A stretch of DNA of 64,000 nt from Eutreptiella sp. 'Long Island Sound 2002' (lineage: Eukaryota; Protista; Euglenida): assembly GCA_964036045.1 (NCBI GenBank), contig OZ038378.1, forward strand, positions 181,970,001-182,034,000. The letters are read 5' to 3'. The notes under the pieces are model-generated. The model searched no databases. It saw only the letters and a program-made list of their open reading frames with translations, and was not told the origin of the DNA. Below, in pieces: positions 1-10,748 of the stretch (within the stretch, counting starts at the first letter, position 1; each line of letters opens with the position of its first letter). The translations under genes and the position numbers were made by a program.

Positions 1-1834
1 AGGGCTAGGTCCCTCCTCCTTCTGTGTGTCATGCCACATTCACTGTGTACTGTACTTTCCCTCCTACCACCCTTGCATTCCATACGTGTGTAAGTTCAAT
101 AGCAGAGCTCACATCGTGGGTGCATGTGCTAAAAACTCAGGATTCAGGGTCAGCAAACTGTGCGGGTCACCCAGGGCCGACGGCGTCGGCGTACTATGCG
201 CCGTAAGGCGCTGACATTGGTGGAAAAGGATCGGATGGAGGCGCCCGAGTCTACATATGATCCTGATGTGGCGGCGTGAGCATGGGGGCAAGGTCTAATG
301 ACATGAGAGGCGATGGGGGCCCGGATCGTGGTGTGCCACTGCTTGCAGTACTCCCTGCGGACAATCTGGGTATTTGCAGTTACTCTGGTGCAGCGAGCGG
401 GATGCATAGTGGGGGCTTCGTAGCCGGCGCAACTTGCACGTTGAGCTGATGTCGGTGGAGAAGGAAAATGCCAAACCTGGCGTTGTACATGTTGTACCCG
501 CGGTGGACTGTGCTAAAATCTCCCAGCTCCTCTGGGCGTGTAAAACTGGCAGATTCATCGTCCCCTGGCTTTGGGGTGGAGGCAATGGAGAGGGTGGAGT
601 CCATGTCTGTGAAGATTCAGGATAAAACATCAAATGCCTGCGAACAGATTCAGTACAGTCTCGGGGCTCTGGAGGGGCGTGTGTGTCCCTGGGGTTTGAC
701 ATAGAAAATTTGGGGGGGGGTCATGAAAGGACACTGGCCAATCGGCCTTGCTGTGCAAGATTGTTTGCCTCTTCGTTCCTTGGTATTCCCTGATGTGAGG
801 GCACATGCAGCCACTCCAACACACCCACATGTGCATCGATGTGATCTAACAGCATGCTTCAGGGCTCTGCATGTACCACAAGCCCGGTGGTTGTGCGCCA
901 TCCACGCGCAAGCTATTTTCGAACTTGGAGATTCATTCAAAGACACACGCAGTAGTTAGATTGAGGGGGCAGGAGGAATTGATGCCGGAAACAGTAGCCA
1001 ATTCAGTGGCTCTTGCCTCCACAACTGAATGTAGGCTGGTCTTATATTCATATCTGCGTGACACAGGGTCTGTTGGGTTCCATTTGGAAGGGACCTAGGA
1101 CAATGTGAAGCATAAGGCACTCCGGAGTGTGTGCTAGATGTGTTTCAAGCACGCGATGTGTTGTCTATGGTGTATTATGGCCTTATTGTGTAAGACCACC
1201 CATGGCCCTGCGAGGTTATATCCGACGACGTGCAGGTGCCGCCGCCCAATATGCACCGCCGCTTTTTCGCTAGTTACGTTGCCCTGAGGCCCACGTGATG
1301 CTGATTTGCGTCAGTCCCCGAGAGCCTCCACAATTGCGCACCGACTTCATCTCCCCATAATCCTACACAATGCATCTTACCAGATATGGCCGCATCAACG
1401 TACCAGTGTGTTACCTGTCGGCACGAGCATACTGACCCTTGGAGCATGTGCTCACACAGTTGAACTTGGTGCACAGGATAGCGCTAAGGCTCCATAATTG
1501 GCATTTGACCATGCCCATTTTGCAACTACCCCCGGGGGAGGGAGGGCTGGGGCAGGCGAGTTTGGCCTCGTATGCGGAGTGGGTACTTCGCCATAGCTTT
1601 GTCAAGTATGTGCACCGGCCAGCACAGTTTGCTGAGCGACATGCAGGCCCTTTTCGGCAATGGGCGAACACAGTGAGGCTCCTGTTTGAGGACGACTTTT
1701 TACCATGTTTGCAAATGGGACCACTGCCGTTGTCCTGGCCGTCTTTTCTGCAAGGGCCTTTGAATTTGTACTCTGTAGTGCGCAGAGGAGGGGGGGGGGG
1801 GGCTCCCCCACGCCCGGCTCAGCGTTTATTTTAG
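1..1834 (+). mobile_element. Decayed non-LTR retrotransposon (LINE) ORF2: reverse transcriptase and downstream region
   Basis: ORF 1439-1834 contains LQLPPGEGGLG, matching the LPxxxGGLG motif after LINE RT domains. Upstream broken frames give LEGT*DNVKHKAL (~1085-1120; LDxxKAYDxVxH-like) and ISDDVQV (~1219; YADD-like). Many stops and frameshifts; the left edge is the window edge. Confidence 0.6.
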
Positions 1835-2399
1835 ATGCCAGTGCCGCATAATGTGTTGCTCCGCAACTCTCTGTCATTAACATTCCACTGTCCAGAGTTA
1901 CTGGTATTCATGAGGCAGATGCATTGGCCGAGCAGGGCCGACAGCAACATCCACACAAGCAGCAGCCATTGCCCAAACGGCCACGAATGGAAATGCTATG
2001 GGAACAACTGGGACAGGAAGAGATGCCTAGTGTCGTCGTCGGAACGGGAATCGGAAGGGACGTGCAGTAGTGAGGGGGGGTTCAGCGCGGAGGTGAGGAG
2101 ACGCGGTTGTGCAGGCGGGCGTTGGTTGCGTCGGGTGTCTGTTGCGTCGTCAGGCATGTCGTCAGACTCATCAGCGGTCAGCACGGACGTTACGGACACG
2201 TGCAAGCACAGGAGGAGGGCGGGTTGTGACAGAGCCGGGTTGGCGCCTCCGGCGCCGTATGATTATCAAGAGGGTAACTCTGACGGCCTAAAGGCCAGCT
2301 GACCGAACCAAGCTGGAACAGCGCATGTGTACATTTGAACAGTTTGCAGAAAATCTGTGGCAGCGCCTCCGGCGCCGTAATTGTGACAATCAACTGAGA

Positions 2400-2942
2400 G
2401 TGCTCGGAGTGATTCCGGAGGGTGACAACCATCGTCGTTTTATGGCCAAGCAACGCCTATTTGTGATGGCGCCTGACAGCACCTTGCTGGACACACGAAA
2501 CAATTGATGCCGCGGCTCTGCCACGTGGATACATGCTGTACTGTTGAGAATGCCAGAGTGAATCTGGAGGGTGATGAGCATCGTCGATCTATGTCCAAGC
2601 AATGCCTGTGTCCAAGCAACACTAGGCATTGGTTCCGTCAATTTTCGCACCGGTGATTTTGGCGGTGCATTTTTCAATTGGTCCTACTGTGTGTTATCTG
2701 TGCTGTCTGATACCTTGGTTTTGAGGTGCATGATGTTCATATTTTGTGTCAAGGATACTGATTTGGGTACAATGGGTACGATGGGTAGCATATTTTGCCC
2801 CTTGGTTTTCAGAATAGAACAAGTTGTCTTTCTGCATGTATCATGCACAGTGTAACACGTACCCTTGTCCAAGCAACACTCGGCGTTGGTTCCGTCAATT
2901 TTTTTTCTGTTCATTTACCGTTGCTTGGACAATGGGGGGGGC
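2400..2942. repeat. Dispersed non-autonomous repeat (gtccaagcaac / gagggtgacgaccatcgtcg family)
   Basis: Internal duplications (2410-2455 vs 2553-2600; 2608-2650 vs 2866-2905). ttgtccaagcaac (~2866) is inverted at ~2919 and followed by a G run. The gagggtgacgaccatcgtcgatct segment recurs at ~25205-25255 and a related element lies at 30732-31122. Confidence 0.6.
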
Positions 2943-3943
2943 GGTAGTATTATTGGTGCATTGCTGTGTATTTCTTGCATCCAAGTTACTACACTGTACT
3001 CTGTATAATGCACTTAGTTTTTGACAGTTTCAGCCATGGATGCCAATCATATCGACACATACCCAGCTGGTATTGTTGTCAAACGTTTTTGCCACCAAGA
3101 AATTGTGCTTCACACGTGATGTTTCTGAGCCAGACTGCTTGCCACAGGGGCTGGAGCCCCCTGCCAAACCTGCTGCCCAGCCTGCTTCCAAAGCTGCCAA
3201 ACTTCGTGCCAAACCCTCAACTAAGAGTGCAGCCAAACCTGCAGCTGGAGAGCCCATTCTAGTGGTCCCTTTTGAGCATTTGCAGCTCATCAAAGTCAAG
3301 TATTAGCGCCAGAAAAAGTGGCACACAGTGCTTGCCTCTCAGTAGAGCTGAAAATGCATCCCAACAGGCAGTTTCCCGGTCATTTTGTGGGCGTTTTTGC
3401 ATGTCTTGCTTCGTGTCACGGGTCCACTGTGTTCCCTTCGGGGGTTGGGGTTTGGGACCGAGCCCAGCAAATTGGCTGCTCTCCTGGCAGCTGGTGGCGT
3501 CAATGTTCTCTCACCAATCACGAAAATCTCGACCAGGCCTTCCTTCGCCAACCTACGTGGGTCACGAAGATCCACCAAGCCGCTGTGTTGGCCCACTGTT
3601 TCTGTTGCTGAGGGGGGGCTGGGGGGCAGGGGAACTGTCACTTTGGCTAGGTTCCCCCGGGGGTGTGGGGATACCGTCACATGCAGCCGGGTACTGATCA
3701 AAGGGGGGGGTAGGTACTCCACGTGAAGTAAAGGGCATCAAATGGGTACAGGCGCTGCCCCCTGCCCTCTACAGCAGTGGCAATCCTGCAGCGGGGTCAT
3801 GGTCTCATGTGGATACTTGCCTCAGAGCGTGCGATGCAGTGTTGGGGTCCTGCTTCACTCGTGAGTACCACCTGCTTGTCCTTTGGTTTTGCAGCCATGG
3901 GGTCCAGCCCCTGCAGTACATGTCCTGACCCCATATTTGAGGG

Positions 3944-4416
3944 TTGATGGCACCCACTGACGGTTTATGCGCCATCTTGGGCGTGAGTGCAGTTGAAGGC
4001 CATCGCATCCATGCAGATATGTGCTCTGGGCCATTACGGGAGAGGGTGGCACGTCAAGCATTGTTGGGGGATGCACTGCTGAATCTGGAGGTCTTGAGGG
4101 CACTGTGTCAGACTTACCCTGATGACAGTTGCGGTGAGCTGAATGGAAAGAAGGTGTGTGTGCGTGTGTGTGTGCGTGTGTGTGTGCATGTTTTGTGTAT
4201 TTGTGTGTTTGCGTGTGCGTGTGCCTCCATGCGTGTGTATGGGTGTGGGTGTGGGTGTGCATGTGCACGAGGCACGTGTATGTGGGTGTTAGTGTCAGCC
4301 ACCTGTCCACTTCCCTCACTGCAGCGAAGTACCTGATTGCTTTCAATGGGGGTGTGCTATACACTGTGCGCACGCTGTGCACAAAGTTTGGACAAGCACC
4401 TACCCAAGCTGCATAA
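3944..4416 (+). pseudogene. RNase III (Mini-III-like) domain fragment, probably disrupted
   Basis: RERVARQALLGDALLNLEVLRALCQTYPDDSCGELNGKK fits the RNase III signature (LxxLGDAxL...L...YP...GEL). There is a GT donor at 4154 into a (TG)-rich stretch and a cag acceptor at 4322-4324, but the downstream frame (AKYLIAF...TLCTKF) is out of phase, and the in-phase reading stops at 4336. Confidence 0.5.
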
Positions 4417-5807
4417 TAGTGCCTAGTACCAGTAACAATGAGCCTTGTTATGCATCTATATGAGTTGCTTGCATGCTTTGCCCTTATTTCTCATGTATTG
4501 GGGTTTATTCTTTTGCATCTTTTCCTATAGATTCGTGGTATCTATCAAGAATTTGGATTTGGATTTGGCCCCTTTCTGGTTGGGGATATGGACTGGCCCC
4601 TTTGCTGACTTGCTTTGCACTTTGCACTTGCTGGCGTTTTGAACATAACACTATGCTCAACGTGGGATGTCCAGCACCATCTGACTGATTGGAAAACTGG
4701 TGCTCGTGGCAGACTACACTAACATGACGACCGATGCGTGCCGTCACCTGTCCCCACCGACGTCCACATGTGGACATGCATAACCTGCATGAAGTGTGTG
4801 GCTATGGTTTTAGCGGTTGTATATACAATTGGCAATTGCCTATGCGCGTCTTCTTTGTTTATAGCTTGTCTGCGAAGTCTGAACTCATGTGGCGCCGGAA
4901 CACACACAAAAAAAGATATGGATTGGCCCCCTTGGCGTACACTGTGATTTCGGTGATGGCCTCTTCTCCGTACCTTTTGAGCTGTCACGAAGAAAATAAT
5001 CCGGATTGCGTTATGAGGCTGTCCAACATTGTGGGGGTGTAGTATGGTTCGTATATGCAAGAAAATTGCCAATTGTAGTAAAAAAACCCAATTTCTCCCT
5101 ATCATGTGTGTTTTGTGCCTCTTGTGTGCGAATTGTGCCGACACGCCCCCAATGCAATTGTCTTCATCTGGCTACAGTGTCATGAAACGTCACATGGTAC
5201 GCCATGTTGCCTCTGTTTGGGTGAGTAGGCAAGACTTCAATGTGTACCTCCTACCAATGTTGCTTCTTCTCAATGTTGTGTGTTTGCATGTTTGCTGCCT
5301 GCCGTTGGGGGAGTGTCAGCACGCCAGGCGCGCACCAAGCATCTTTTTTGGGCACTTTTGATATGGAGCCCCAATCCACACTTTTTGCATGGGTTATGTA
5401 GCCATATTGGTTTCTCTTGCAAGGTTGCTGCCAGCCAGGACCTGACCCCCAAACGGCAGGGCTTATGTAGCCACCGGGCTCACATCGCTTTCCAAAGATC
5501 CCTTGGAGGATGGACATCCTCTTTTGTGACACAAATACATTGGCCATATAGGGGCGGACACCCCGGCCGCTTCCCTTTCTACGAGACTGGTCGGGACATC
5601 CCCAAGGCATGAGTGAAAACACTGAACCCAGCGCTCTGTTGGTAAGTGATGCAATGCGGAAATATTGGGATGCCGTTTCATGTCGACGGGGGACCAGAAA
5701 TTTGAAGTTGTGTGCGTGTGTATTGTGAAATATGCCCGCTGAGCTTGGTGCATGTTGATACATTTAATGTGTCCGCCGCACAGCATCAGTTTTTGCCCCT
5801 TTTTGTA

Positions 5808-5975
5808 ATGGAGTTGAGCATTGGGGACAAGGTGTTCTACACTAGGTCAACTGGGCTTCGGGTACCCGCAAAGGTGATTGCGCTTTTGGGCGATGGGCAT
5901 GTGGAATTGGAGTATCATCAAGATGGTGTCCGGGTTATCAATCATTGATGCCCCATGGATTCCATGTCCTTCGTG
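5808..5975 (+). CDS. Small repeat-borne ORF, SH3/Tudor/KOW-like beta domain, copy 1 (premature TGA at 5946-5948)
   Basis: MELSIGDKVFYTRSTGLRVPAKVIALLGDGHVELEYHQDG aligns without gaps to the ORF at 10134, with many synonymous differences. The fold assignment is inference. Confidence 0.5.
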
Positions 5976-6580
5976 ATCTCTAGTTTCGACTCTCCACCAC
6001 CATCACCATCAAAGGAGGCCTCTGCGGAAGTCTTTTCCGACCTTCCCGGTTTGGAGTCTCCGCGTACAGCCAAGAAAGCGTGATGCCCACACTTGTGGGG
6101 AACAAAAAGTTTATTAGCCAACACCGGGATTGTGTATAGCGACCAAGTTGGCCATCAGACATCAAACATCAGACTTTTATAGAGCCATTACCCAAACCAT
6201 AAACCCACCTCCCCCACCCCCCCTTGTGATGTATTACATCCCCCCCCCCGGGGTACAACCCACATTAGACACCCCCAATGGAAGATCCCCCCCCCACCAA
6301 TGGTTCGCCCCCCCCCCCCCCTTGGCCCTTCCCTAGTCCTTCCACCCCCCCCCCACTCATGAGTGCTTTCCTGCATCAGGAAGTATGGAAAATGATTCAG
6401 ACCCCCCGCTTTGTGTTGTGTGTTTGTTTGTAGGAAGTATGGAAACTGCACCCACTCACTACACCCTTTGAGGTGTAGATTTTCGTTTTGTGGCCTCAAC
6501 CCTAGCGTTCTAGGGCCATCAGACAACAACAAATTTGGCGCATGTATAGGCATATGTGCTCCCACACACACACACACACA

Positions 6581-7070
6581 GGATCCCCGGCTCACTCAAC
6601 CGGGCTAAGCGTAGGTCTCGCAACCGTAAGGTCGTGGGTTCGATCCCCGGAGCGGGCATGTCTGGAGGCGGGCGGCGGCAACCGTGCGTCAAGGGCATCC
6701 TTTCTGGGGAAATCGCCAAATGAGTAGGCCGTGGAGGCCGCCTCGCTGCCGCGAGCACCACCAGCTGTGGAAGCCCCAATACACATACAACACACGGGGC
6801 GACATGGCGATGACGGGCTCGTCGAACTCATGCCGTGGAGCTGGCCCGGCAGAAGCCACGGAGCCACCACCCCACTTCCAAGGTGGTCCTGGGGCAGCGA
6901 GCCAGGTTCTGGCCCAAGTGCATATCGCACTGGTCGAGGGGTAACACAGGGACGCTCTCACACCCCTGGCCTGCACCGTGGGCCTGCTATGATGGGGTAA
7001 GCGACCCGACCCGAGGACGCCAGTGTGGCCTATACGGGCTCAACCGGGAGACCTGGTAAAAATGGTACAA
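6581..7070 (+). mobile_element. tRNA-derived SINE-like element sitting in a (CA)n tract
   Basis: Head 6585-6658 is tRNA-like: gcgtaggtctc..aa....aaggtcgtgggttcgatcccc, with a perfect B box GGTTCGATCCC at 6637-6647, resembling elongator tRNA-Met. The anticodon and acceptor stems are broken. A ~410-bp body follows, and (CA)n flanks both sides (6563-6580, 7068-7096). Confidence 0.6.
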
Positions 7071-7271
7071 CACACACACACACACACACACACACATGCA
7101 ACAAGAGGGAGTGGGGCTCCTGTACCTACCGCGTCCCGCATCCTTGTTCCGTTCTCCCGTGCTTCCCTGCGCGGAGGCCCCACTGGGCGAGCTTGAAGCC
7201 CGGCGACGGGGCAACAGGACAAAAGAATTCATGGTTTGGTCGCATCCTTGTTGAACCTCGCAGTTTGAGCA

Positions 7272-7290
7272 TGATTTGAAAGAATTGGCG

Positions 7291-7329
<39 letters not shown>

Positions 7330-7330
7330 C
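7272..7330. repeat. (CA)n microsatellite
   Basis: Direct reading; it produces spurious CVCV/HTHT ORFs. Confidence 0.95.
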
Positions 7331-7620
7331 GCACACACACGCACACACACTTTGACATAGGCATAGGCACTGTGGGGATGCCCTTGCTTCAAGCCTTGGT
7401 TGGTAGGGGGGTGCCTTTCCTTTCTTTACACGTTTTTCACTAGGCGGGGGGGGGGTTGAGAACTGCTGGGGGGGGGGTTCAATCGGGGGTGCGGGAGGGT
7501 GTTCTTTTCTTTGTCTCACAGGTGTTGCTTTTCATGCAATAAAAATGACAGCAATGAAAATGATCATTTCACAACTTGCAGGTGTGCCATGCCGCGCTGT
7601 GCAGTGTTGTGGTGTGTCTC

Positions 7621-7845
7621 CATAGGTCCCCGCAGGTCCCCCATCAATTTCATAGCCCCCTCCTATCAATTTCAGAGCCCCCCCCCCCCGATCAATTTCA
7701 TAGCCCCCCCCATCAATTTTATAGCCCCCCCATCGATTTCACATGCCCCCCTATCAATTTCATAGCCCCCCCCCCTATTAATTTCTTAGCCCCCCCCCCG
7801 CATCAATTTCGTAGCCCCTCCCATGTATCAATTTCATAGGGAATG
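7621..7845. repeat. Minisatellite (atcaatttcatagccccccc)n, block 1
   Basis: About 9-10 tandem ~21-bp units. Confidence 0.9.
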
Positions 7846-8579
7846 CCATGCACGCAGTGCGCACGCAGTGCACACGCAGTGCGCACGCAGTGCAAAGTTT
7901 TGGATGTCGGCCAATACTCGGACCCTACTTTTGGCCCCTTTTGACAAGTTTTTGGTTCCATACTGGGTTTTTTTGTAGTTTTTTTTTCTTCCTATGCATT
8001 TGGGATGTGGCACATTTGATTTGTCACCCTTTGTTGCCCAATGTCAACCATTTTTACCCATTTTCCATCCCCCATATTGAACTCTCCTTACTATGGGGAC
8101 CCCGAGAAGGCCGGGGTGATGTAGCCATACATAGCCCGCGGACTTTGAGGAGTTTGTGGTACGGCCTTCATCCCCACCACATCACTGACCTCGCTCGCCA
8201 TGAACAAGTGTGTCGCGTCCACGCTCAGAATCACCACCGCCCTCCCCTTCACCCTATTCACGGTCCCCATCACCCAAGAGACCACGGACAACGCATTCCC
8301 TGCACTCCGAGTCAAGGGACATCTCATCGCCGCCTCCAAGAGCGAAGCCACGGGCACCGAAACACTCGAAGCAAGCGGACTTTACAAGGCTAAGTGGTTT
8401 GTTCATAGGGACAGTGGAGTACCAAGTTGAAGGCAGTTTCGTCGGTCTCATGTGGGTTTTGTTGCTTCGCTGTGCAACCAGTCAGGTGACAGGTATTCTT
8501 GAGTGAGTATACCGGCCTCTGCCGTGTGCAGTATGCACGCAGTGCGCACGCAGTGCAAGAACTTGGCCATAGGCACCCA

Positions 8580-8765
8580 ATATCAATGTCATCCACCCCC
8601 CGTATCAATTTCATAGCCCCCCCCCCGATCAATTTCATAGGTCCCCCCCTGTGAATTTCATAGCCCCCCCCCAATCAATTTCATGGCCCGCCCCCATCGA
8701 TTTCATAGCTCCCCCCTATCAATTTCATAGCCCCGCCCCCATCAATTTCATAGCCCCCGCGCTAT
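8580..8765. repeat. Minisatellite (atcaatttcatagccccccc)n, block 2
   Basis: About 8 tandem units of the same repeat as 7621-7845. Confidence 0.9.
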
Positions 8766-8776
8766 CAATACCCCTC

Positions 8777-9495
8777 GCGATGAATGTTGGAGGGGTGTAC
8801 ACCCTTCCAATATTCATCGCGTGCCCCTATACCCCCTGTTGAGGGGTCTATACCCCTTGCGATGAATATTTGAGGGGTGTACACCCTTCCAATATTCATC
8901 GCGTGCACCTATACCCCCCGTTGAGGGGTCTATACCCCTCGCGATGAATGTTGGAGCGGTGCACACCCTTCCAATATTCAACGCGTGCCCCTATACCCCC
9001 TGTCGAGGGGTGTATACCCCTTGCGATGAATGTTGGAGGGGTGTACACCCTCCCAATATTCATCGCGTGCCCCTATATCCCCTATCGAGGGGTGTATACC
9101 CCTTGCGATGAATGTTGGAGGGGTGTACACCCTTCCAATATTCATTGCATGCTCCTATCCCCCCTGTCGAGGGGTCTATACCCCTCGCAATGAATGTTGG
9201 AGGGGTGTACACCCTTCCAATATTCATCGCGTGCCCCTATACCCCCTGTCGAGGGGTGTATACCCCTTGCGATGAATGTTGGAGGGGTGTACACCCTTCC
9301 AATATTCATTGCATGCTCCTATACCCCCTGTCGAGGGGTCTATACCCCTTGCGATGAATGTTGGAGGGGTGTACACCCTTCCAATATTCATCGCGTGCCC
9401 CTATACCCCCTATCAAGGGCTGTATACCCCTTGCGATGAATATTTGAGGGGTGTACACCCTTCCAATATTCATCGCGTGCCCCTATACCCCTCCA
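8777..9495. repeat. 82-bp tandem array built from palindromes, 9 copies
   Basis: The 44-bp imperfect palindrome gcgatgaatgttggaggggtgt-acacccttccaatattcatcgc starts at 8777, 8859, 8941, 9023, 9105, 9187, 9269, 9351 and 9433 (exact 82-bp period). The intervening 38 bp are also repeated. Confidence 0.95.
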
Positions 9496-9559
9496 GGATT
9501 CACCGCATGAGGTTTACACTAGTGTACAAGTGATGCGCTGAATCCTTGGAAGGTTTAGA

Positions 9560-9850
9560 CTATGGGGACCTATGGGGGCCTTTGGGGGCCTATTGGCACC
9601 TATGGGGACCTATGGGGACTTGTGGGGACCTATGGGGGCCTATGGGGACCTTTGGGTACCTACGGGGACCAATGGGGACCTATGCGGACCTATGGGGACC
9701 TATGGGGCTCTATGGCAACCTATGGGGACCTATGAGGACCTATGAGAACCTATGGGGACATATGGGAACCTATGAGGGCCCTTGGGGACCTTCCGGGACC
9801 TATGGGGACCTATGGGGACCTATGGGGACTTATGGTGACCTATGGGGCAG
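9560..9850. repeat. Minisatellite (ggggacctat)n, block 1
   Basis: About 29 degenerate 10-bp units. Confidence 0.92.
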
Positions 9851-10133
9851 CCTCAAGCGCAGTGCGCGCGCAGTGCAACTATTTGGGCGTGTGGCCGTAC
9901 TAGAGACCCATACTTTGAGATACTAGGGGCCCCTAGGGGCATCATGGTGACCCCTAGCGGAGGTTTTGCAAGGTGTAGCACGTTTGGGTCAAGGCATGGC
10001 AAGGCGTAGCATGGTTGTGTCAAGGCATGGCAAGGCGCAATGCTTGTGTGCACACATTGATCTATCGTGCTTGCACATATGCTACAGGACTTCATACCTA
10101 CCCCCCTCCTCCTTTCTTGGAAACACTTTCTTC

Positions 10134-10301
10134 ATGGATTTGAGTCTTGGCGATCGGGTGTTCTACACCCGCTCCAACGGCGTGCGAGTTCCTGCCACGG
10201 TGGTTGGGATGGCGGGAGATGGGCTCATCCACTTGGAGTACTACCAAGATGCACTATGGGTGGTAAATTGCCAATGCAAGATGGAGTCCATGTGTACTTA
10301 G
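10134..10301 (+). CDS. Small repeat-borne ORF, SH3/Tudor/KOW-like beta domain, copy 2 (55 aa)
   Basis: MDLSLGDRVFYTRSNGVRVPATVVGMAGDGLIHLEYYQDALWVVNCQCKMESMCT*; homologous to 5808-5975. Confidence 0.5.
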   Translation: MDLSLGDRVFYTRSNGVRVPATVVGMAGDGLIHLEYYQDALWVVNCQCKMESMCT

Positions 10302-10522
10302 TAGACAATGGAACAGAAAGACAGTTCTCTGTTCTTGAGGGTGGCGACCAATGCGCTGTTCATAGCTTTTCCAGTTGTGCATGATGTATGTTTGGGTCAC
10401 CTAATTCTAAGGGCGTTTCCAAGGGGTTTGCTTGGGGGCTCTTTGGGGGGAACATAGTCTAAAAGTAGCGCGCAGTGCGCGCCCAGTGCAGCGCGCAGTG
10501 CACGCGCAGTGCAAAGATTCCC

Positions 10523-10748
10523 CCTATGGGGGCCTATGGGGACCTTTGGGGACCTATGGGGGACCTTTGGGGACCTGTGAGGACCTATGGGGGTCTATGG
10601 TGACCTATGGGGACCTATGGGGACCTCTGGGAACCTATGGGGACCCTTGGGGTCCTTTGGGGACCTATAGGGAGCTACGGGGAGTTTTGGGGACCTTTGG
10701 GGACCTACAGGGACCTATGGGGACGTATGGGGACCTATGGGGACTTTA
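10523..10748. repeat. Minisatellite (ggggacctat)n, block 2
   Basis: About 22 degenerate 10-bp units. Confidence 0.92.

Noticed and set aside
3040-3306. Histone H1-like protein (AKPAA/AKPSTK repeats)
   Set aside because: Only a short Lys/Ala/Pro tract with no globular domain or gene structure; a similar AKPSTK tract occurs in repeat DNA near 34980.
6585-6658. Functional tRNA-Ala(CGC)
   Set aside because: The anticodon, T and acceptor stems have mismatches or a deletion, and it continues into a SINE-like body.
8777-9495. CRISPR array
   Set aside because: The sequences between the palindromes are themselves near-identical repeats rather than unique spacers; there are no cas genes and the context is eukaryotic.
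8948-9533. Five overlapping ~81-aa ORFs
   Set aside because: Artefacts of the 82-bp period cycling through reading frames.
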